Of a DNA stretch of 36,793 nt, positions 32,801-36,793 are shown in pieces. This stretch comes from a virus. Taxonomy: Duplodnaviria; Caudoviricetes. Position 1 is the first letter of the stretch, and each line of letters starts with the position of its first letter. The notes under the pieces are model-generated. The model worked only from the letters and a program-made list of their open reading frames with translations. It had not been told where the DNA came from and did not search any database. The stretch lies in the IMG/VR virus record IMGVR_UViG_3300008255_000257, positions 1 through 36,793 of that record; one strand, given 5' to 3'. Both the position numbers and the translations under genes were made by a program.

Positions 32801-35119
32801 ACGAGGACCCAGCGCCTTTATTTTGCTTCCGAGTTCTTCAAGCTGTTTTGTCGTTATATCTTTAACTTCGTCTAACTCTTTCTGCACTCTCGGCCCAAAA
32901 TCCTCCCCAGCCCGAGCTCGAGCAGCCGCACTCTCCACCGCTCCAGCCGTGCCTTTTTTAGGAAACTTTGGTGGTGTGGTGGCGATGAATTCTTCGGCGG
33001 ATTTTGGTTTTACTGCTTCCACCCCATCCCACTCTGCTCTTAGTTGGGAGCGTGTTTTGATTACATCTGGATTAAATACTGCATAGTGTGTTGAAGGTCT
33101 ATTATATAAGCCAACAGCGTCATCTATGTTTTTTATTTTAAGCCCAGTTTTGTTTAGTTTTCTAGCTTTTTCAACTTGTTGACTTAACCAACTATCAATA
33201 TCTCCGTCTTGTCCTAATTCTTGTGGTGTTTTTCCTTTAGCATCAACTTCCAAGAAATCCCCTTTAATTGATACATCTTTAACTTTTGCATTTACTCTGC
33301 GGTCGTATGTTGCATCATACCCACCCAAATCGTCTATCTTTTGTGTCAACTCATCCACTTTCAACCAGTCGGAGTTTTTGCCACTTTTTTGTGCAATCTT
33401 TTCAAGTGCGGCGTGTTGTTTCATTAGTTTATTTATTGGACCAGTTTCGGCGGCATATATAGAATATGCTTTAGCAGTAGCAGGGTCATCAGTAAACCAA
33501 AACGCCCCCTTTGCACTTTGAGCATCTGTAATACTACCCTTAAAAGAATCACTAAACTTTTCAAAATCTGCGGCAGTTCCGTGATAAGCATTTATTTCCC
33601 CCTTCACCCACTCATCAAAAGATTGGCCAGAAGCTTTGGCTTTGGAGATGGAGGTAGAAAGCTCTGTTTTAGGCACAATCGCTGTTTCTGGGACAGTTTT
33701 TGGCGTTTCCCGCACACTAAAAGGCTCGCTCCCCCTAGTTTCCCCGTTAGCGGTGGCTTTTGATATTTCTTTTGGTTTAAAAAGCGGATTTTGTTTACCA
33801 TTGATAGTTTCTATTTCTTCTATCCTAACATTAATTTGATTTTTAGTACCAACTCTTTCTATTTTTATCATATCACCCATTTTCTGTTTCTCAAAAATAT
33901 ACTTATCCTCACTAAAGAATCTTTGACTTGCTTCTGAATTTTGTCTTCCTTTTATGCCATCTTCAAAAATATTATCTACAATAACAGTGAAAGGTAAAGT
34001 TTCTCCGTCTTTCGGCCTTACTTTGTATAAGTTAGGAGGGTCTATTACTTTATATTCCGCATTGGTTAAATTAGTTTTTACAACATCTCCCACTTTAGGC
34101 ATAATCGATGTCTCCGGCGAAGGTATTTCCACCGGCTTGATTGTGTTTGTTTTAGGATCATAGAAGCCGGAGGGTTGGGGAGCAGGCAGGGCAGTTTCTG
34201 ATTGTCTGGCTATGAAGGTCGCCGCTTCACCTCTTATGGCGGTTTCTACTCCCTCAGCTGTCGTGGCTTTTGCTACGTTATGAGCTGCGGCTTGAGCTAA
34301 TTCTTCCGGTAGGCCATACCTTATCATCGTAACCCTCGCTAGGTCGTCTGTGGTAGCTTCTATGAGTTCTTTTAGGGCTATTGAGGTCAGCTTACCTTTT
34401 CCACCTGGAAACCAGGCATCAGCCACGAATCCGGCTATTGCTAGCGTGATGCCGAGGTTGTTTTTTTCCCATGGAGTTGCTATTGGACTTTTTCTTACGA
34501 AGCCGTCTATGTCTTCCTTAATGTTCTGCCAAGATTTTGGTTTGTGTTTAAATAAAATATCCTCTATGCTTTTATATGTTTCAATATCTTTATAGACTAA
34601 AGTTTCTTGTTTAAAAGATTTTTCTGCATCTAATACTCGTTCTGTTTTTGGCTTTCCTATTCTTGAAGTATCTGTCAGGGCTTGTCTGATTGCTTCTTTA
34701 CTCGTATCTACTCCGAGAAGTTGCGCCGCTTGTTTATAGGGAGAATATTTAGAAGTGTAGGCGGCTTCTAGTATTGTTTTTCCGACAGAGGAAAATCCTC
34801 CTAAAATTAATCTAGGAAAGTCCACAGTCACGGCTTTAGCTATTTTAGCCGGTTGTTCTATAAGTTCTGTCACAGCTTGTTGTCCGGTAGTTTGTTTACT
34901 TCTTCTTTGGGCTTGGCTTTCAAAAAAAGCGCTTATTCCAGTTGCCACAGCTTCTGGTGTTTTTGTCAAGGTTGTAGAAACAAGACCTCCAGGTACGAAG
35001 GGTTCCGGTGGAGCGCTCATATCAAAAACGGGGATGGGCGGAGTTTCAATAAAGAATTTCTCCTTTACCTTGCTTCCCAGTTTCTTTATTTCATCCCTTA
35101 TGTCAAAAAGTTGTGGCAT
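29834..35119 (-). CDS. Large polyvalent internal virion/ejection protein with ADP-ribosyltransferase-like domain
   Basis: 1761 aa, largely helical; AYHGTAADFEKF...GAFWFTDDPATAKAY...YAVFNPDVIK resembles ART-PolyVal. Confidence 0.7.
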   Translation of the reverse strand: MPQLFDIRDEIKKLGSKVKEKFFIETPPIPVFDMSAPPEPFVPGGLVSTTLTKTPEAVATGISAFFESQAQRRSKQTTGQQAVTELIEQPAKIAKAVTVDFPRLILGGFSSVGKTILEAAYTSKYSPYKQAAQLLGVDTSKEAIRQALTDTSRIGKPKTERVLDAEKSFKQETLVYKDIETYKSIEDILFKHKPKSWQNIKEDIDGFVRKSPIATPWEKNNLGITLAIAGFVADAWFPGGKGKLTSIALKELIEATTDDLARVTMIRYGLPEELAQAAAHNVAKATTAEGVETAIRGEAATFIARQSETALPAPQPSGFYDPKTNTIKPVEIPSPETSIMPKVGDVVKTNLTNAEYKVIDPPNLYKVRPKDGETLPFTVIVDNIFEDGIKGRQNSEASQRFFSEDKYIFEKQKMGDMIKIERVGTKNQINVRIEEIETINGKQNPLFKPKEISKATANGETRGSEPFSVRETPKTVPETAIVPKTELSTSISKAKASGQSFDEWVKGEINAYHGTAADFEKFSDSFKGSITDAQSAKGAFWFTDDPATAKAYSIYAAETGPINKLMKQHAALEKIAQKSGKNSDWLKVDELTQKIDDLGGYDATYDRRVNAKVKDVSIKGDFLEVDAKGKTPQELGQDGDIDSWLSQQVEKARKLNKTGLKIKNIDDAVGLYNRPSTHYAVFNPDVIKTRSQLRAEWDGVEAVKPKSAEEFIATTPPKFPKKGTAGAVESAAARARAGEDFGPRVQKELDEVKDITTKQLEELGSKIKALGPRDIGKASKELDDIKVQLEIIREVEDTMPGKKLIKFQSKKEGQFEELKNPDAVDSMGKFKYTERQREAIKARNLKVTRAVESAFEDRPELSGKFDDPDVIREEIEKYLTTARERKALEKMATAKRAELALMKKAELLETLALEQRTNARKALEELTDDEIYALNTETFKGYMAGYLEKRELHRQARIALQATINDLELKKWENARKLLKMPNSFEKMTIDQMREFDEFLRQFEKGDVFLGPRTLQTLKNTSLAGIFTRREAVARSLEDINKLRALEGKPPVKLSELTSIQHDEKWNYMGGNALVRQNPLFEVMIHDIYKADLASSMATLEARETVNELFKAARKSRKRGLVERLVPTDDLAYRWLSAGPEDKLLYAKDMTPAELKAAQWIWKDLAKERDDLLRKGTLTRYVKNYITHIRRSFLEAWKEEGTYVAGVVSGEKPGFWRRSGRGARAAFREFLDRYKQDEAVAGILNQRTGEVLPLEKWFQFSMKRTGQLVPSKNVARAYMIYKEVLNRKRAMDVIFPKYQAIIDSVNSLATTARGLEFDAQLKSFYKEFMNTQKGRVTDRAFLKPGGKLDWVVRTGTAFTRLLFLGFNIPVGLTSQAGAQVLVYKGLGEKMYALGVKRFATPKGRAVAKKYEALVGELARQPFLDAAARFGDKVEVGLYGLFSNASRNANSIFLLGSMSKAEWTSGAIDLDRLALIKKGMARQLPTGGMGTKAIYGQTAIGKGYTQFKSWALPIISTTLSDIGKLTTRKVPLNSREGRETLRAVLLTATIVFATYEFMERKKRRKDRNFMEEVAWKAARDSLSIIGALDPTLYTSEPPLMSLVGDISVALKQIGISLATGDRTQDDKIRGVGKLGNTLKPSVVRQFIGEEVSEAEKEFERLKALPKDEANAIMKEYKENDPPLYRRIKKLKEDEELGITEEDIEIRNMGVENGERAEYIFEQTKDMKTPEEKNAYIKELRKKKIITDDVYKQLKKLAQNEVD

Positions 35120-35442
35120 TATTTTTTCGCTTTCTCAAACAACCCCGACCTTAATAATAAATAGTCCTCCTCGGTTAAAGTTTCGCCTCCTATTTTTACC
35201 TCTCCCTTGACTAGTCGCTCCGACATCTTTTTGTGCATGGCTTCGGCTACACTTCCTTTTACATCTTTTAGTGTTATTTGGCCTCCAGCTTTTTCTATTT
35301 CGTAATTATAAACTTGAATTAGGGTTTGGTATTCTTCGTAAGACATTGGCTCATTAGGATCAAAGAAAAGCACTACTCCACTAGATATTGTGGCAATGGC
35401 TACGATTGAAGTTATTATTTTTTTGATTTTGTCTTTTTCCAT
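35119..35442 (-). CDS. Hypothetical protein with N-terminal TM/signal segment
   Basis: KIKKIITSIVAIATISSGVVLFF. Confidence 0.65.
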   Translation of the reverse strand: MEKDKIKKIITSIVAIATISSGVVLFFDPNEPMSYEEYQTLIQVYNYEIEKAGGQITLKDVKGSVAEAMHKKMSERLVKGEVKIGGETLTEEDYLLLRSGLFEKAKK

Positions 35443-35445
35443 AAT

Positions 35446-36264
35446 TTATAAATAACTCGGGCAAAACTTTTGATAAAGATTTTTTTCCACAAATACAATA
35501 GAATTGGCGTATGATAATGTAGTTTCCAACCACGCATGCCTAAGTTGATTTTTCAAAGACACAATATCTGCCCCTCGAAGCAACATATTGGCGGTCATTG
35601 ATGCTCGGAGAAGGTGGGGAAATACTCGCTTAATAATTCCTGCTCTCTTGGAAATCACTTTGACCCATTTTCTCACATCCCCTGTAGCTAGTCTGTTTTT
35701 CTTTTGCAGGGTGGTAAATAAATAATCATCTTGCCCTCTTGGAAATTCGTTTAGATATTTGATGAGTATTTCAGTGCATTCTGGAGCGATTTGAGAGATA
35801 CCGTCTTTTAGCCCTTTGCCATTTATTACTCTTACAGCGTTTTGGGTGATGAGCACGTCTTTAACCTTCAACCGGCAGATTTCTAAATTCCTAATGCCGG
35901 AGTAAGCCAACAAAGACAGAAGTGCTTTTTGCCGAATATCTCGACAGTTGAAAATCATTGTCGTAATTTCCGCTTCAGTCAGAGTATTTTTAATTATCGG
36001 GCGAGGTCTTTTCTGTCTGCCAAATCTCACTGGTCTATCGATAAACTTCATATACTTTTCCACTCCAAGCATTGTGTTAAGTTTATGTGAATAAGAATAT
36101 CCCGAAGTGTACATTGCGCAGATATATTTTTCTGCTTCATCCACTGTGGGATAATCTCCTAAAACTTTCGACATTCTTCGATACGAGCCGACATAACTTT
36201 CTACCGTAACCATTTGTAATCCCTCACGAGCAATTAAAAACTGCTCAAATGCTTCTTTTTGCAT
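35446..36264 (-). CDS. Tyrosine recombinase (XerC/D-like size, no arm-binding domain)
   Basis: Catalytic set SGIR, GKGLK, HLLR, LRH and Y in ETTLSY; 272 aa. Confidence 0.92.
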   Translation of the reverse strand: MQKEAFEQFLIAREGLQMVTVESYVGSYRRMSKVLGDYPTVDEAEKYICAMYTSGYSYSHKLNTMLGVEKYMKFIDRPVRFGRQKRPRPIIKNTLTEAEITTMIFNCRDIRQKALLSLLAYSGIRNLEICRLKVKDVLITQNAVRVINGKGLKDGISQIAPECTEILIKYLNEFPRGQDDYLFTTLQKKNRLATGDVRKWVKVISKRAGIIKRVFPHLLRASMTANMLLRGADIVSLKNQLRHAWLETTLSYANSIVFVEKNLYQKFCPSYL

Positions 36265-36265
36265 A

Positions 36266-36368
36266 TAGTTTCTACGAAAAACTACTATTAAAAGTGGAAG
36301 AGCGACATATTCGTAGTATGTCGCCCAAGTTACCCTCCCCGACGGGAGACCACTTGGACATTATACCA
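36266..36368 (-). promoter_or_regulatory. Recombinase promoter and highly structured leader with complementary hairpin loops
   Basis: TGGTATAAT at 36368-36360; stems 36292-97/36350-55, 36302-09/36317-24 and 36266-71/36279-84; loops CUACGAA and UUCGUAG. Confidence 0.7.
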
Positions 36369-36418
36369 ATTCTATTGTATTTGTAAAAGAACAGCCAGTT
36401 TATAGACTTGTTTAGGTC

Positions 36419-36793
36419 TTAATTAGCCTGCAAAGGCGAAACTTGATACCACACCGAGCCGTTGGAAGCGACCACAACCACATCATCGGCTGTCATTACA
36501 ACATCCGCTCCACCTGCGGACTTGAATAAAGCATTGTTGTCTAAGGTTATGTTGTTTGCTCCTGTGTTGATTACAGTCATTATGCACCCGGTGTTGGCGG
36601 CCGCCGGAGCGGTAAATGTGTTGGTAGTGCCAGTTGTTACTGCTCCTGCAGAGGTGATTTGCTTAATGGTCCCACAGCCATCAGCTGTAATTGTGTTGCC
36701 TGCGGCGATAGTTTGGGCAGAAGGAGGATTAACAACGAATTTCCCTGCTGGAGCAGTGTTCCCGATGCCGACGTTGCCTTCCACTGTTAGCCC
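36419..36793 (-). CDS. C-terminal part of the GNVGIG-repeat fibre/adhesin-like protein (5' truncated by window end)
   Basis: Open to the window end: GLTVEGNVGIGNTAPAGKF...VINTGANNITL...SNGSVWYQVS; in frame with 1..1188 if the ends are joined. Confidence 0.8.
   Translation of the reverse strand, partial: GLTVEGNVGIGNTAPAGKFVVNPPSAQTIAAGNTITADGCGTIKQITSAGAVTTGTTNTFTAPAAANTGCIMTVINTGANNITLDNNALFKSAGGADVVMTADDVVVVASNGSVWYQVSPLQAN

Larger units (their letters stand above)
1..36793. mobile_element. Near-complete podovirus-like tailed phage genome, probably infecting a CPR/Patescibacteria host
   Basis: TerS-TerL-portal-scaffold-MCP-tail-ejection-lysis modules are present, with no tape-measure/sheath genes and no flanking host housekeeping block. 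Both ends lie in the same GNVGIG-repeat gene. Confidence 0.92.

Noticed and set aside
29849-35164. Many plus-strand and alternative-frame ORFs in the track (also 128-319, 1428-1742, 9163-9939, 12068-12379 and others)
   Set aside because: They are antisense or out-of-frame shadows of long, motif-bearing minus-strand genes.
36300-36326. Canonical XerCD dif site
   Set aside because: Spacing between CATA and TATG is 7 rather than 8 nt and the TTATGTTAAAT XerD arm is absent; kept only as a generic core-site hypothesis.
36338-36346. Guide-like match (CCGACG) between the recombinase leader and the GNVGIG repeat
   Set aside because: Only 6 nt, expected by chance; insufficient evidence for RNA-guided targeting.
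1-36793. Alternative genetic code (TGA or TAG recoding seen in some CPR bacteria and phages)
   Set aside because: Code 11 gives dense full-length genes, and TGA and TAG act as real stops, with TGA in several ATGA overlaps.

Overview
The window is a near-complete ~36.8 kb genome of a podovirus-like tailed phage, almost entirely encoded on the minus strand in genetic code 11. Both ends fall inside the same GNVGIG-repeat fibre-like gene and join in frame, so it is probably a circular molecule broken at a repeat. The packaging and head module has TerS, an intein-containing TerL, a portal, a scaffold and an N4-gp56-type major capsid protein. It is followed by tail, fibre and ejection genes, a tyrosine recombinase, a 1761-aa polyvalent virion protein with an ADP-ribosyltransferase-like domain, and lysis genes (three-domain endolysin, holin). 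The early module has an RHH regulator, NinG-like nuclease, RusA, RecA, peptide deformylase and a DNA methyltransferase. SD-less A-rich start regions, leaderless promoters and host-like RecA/KhpA suggest a CPR (Patescibacteria) host; this is inference only. Four signals stand out. (1) No recognisable replication genes, but a complete bacterial-type oriC with about 9 DnaA boxes and a DnaA-trio unwinding element at 24.3-24.55 kb. (2) A signal-peptide-bearing fibre built of modules delimited by a nucleotide-invariant GGCAACGTCGG repeat, directly upstream of a tyrosine recombinase with a kissing-loop leader. (3) A GC-rich, strong-SD cassette ending in a perfect 13-nt 16S-complementary site, inside an otherwise SD-less genome. 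(4) Structured RNA elements placed 7-9 nt before the start codons of late genes.
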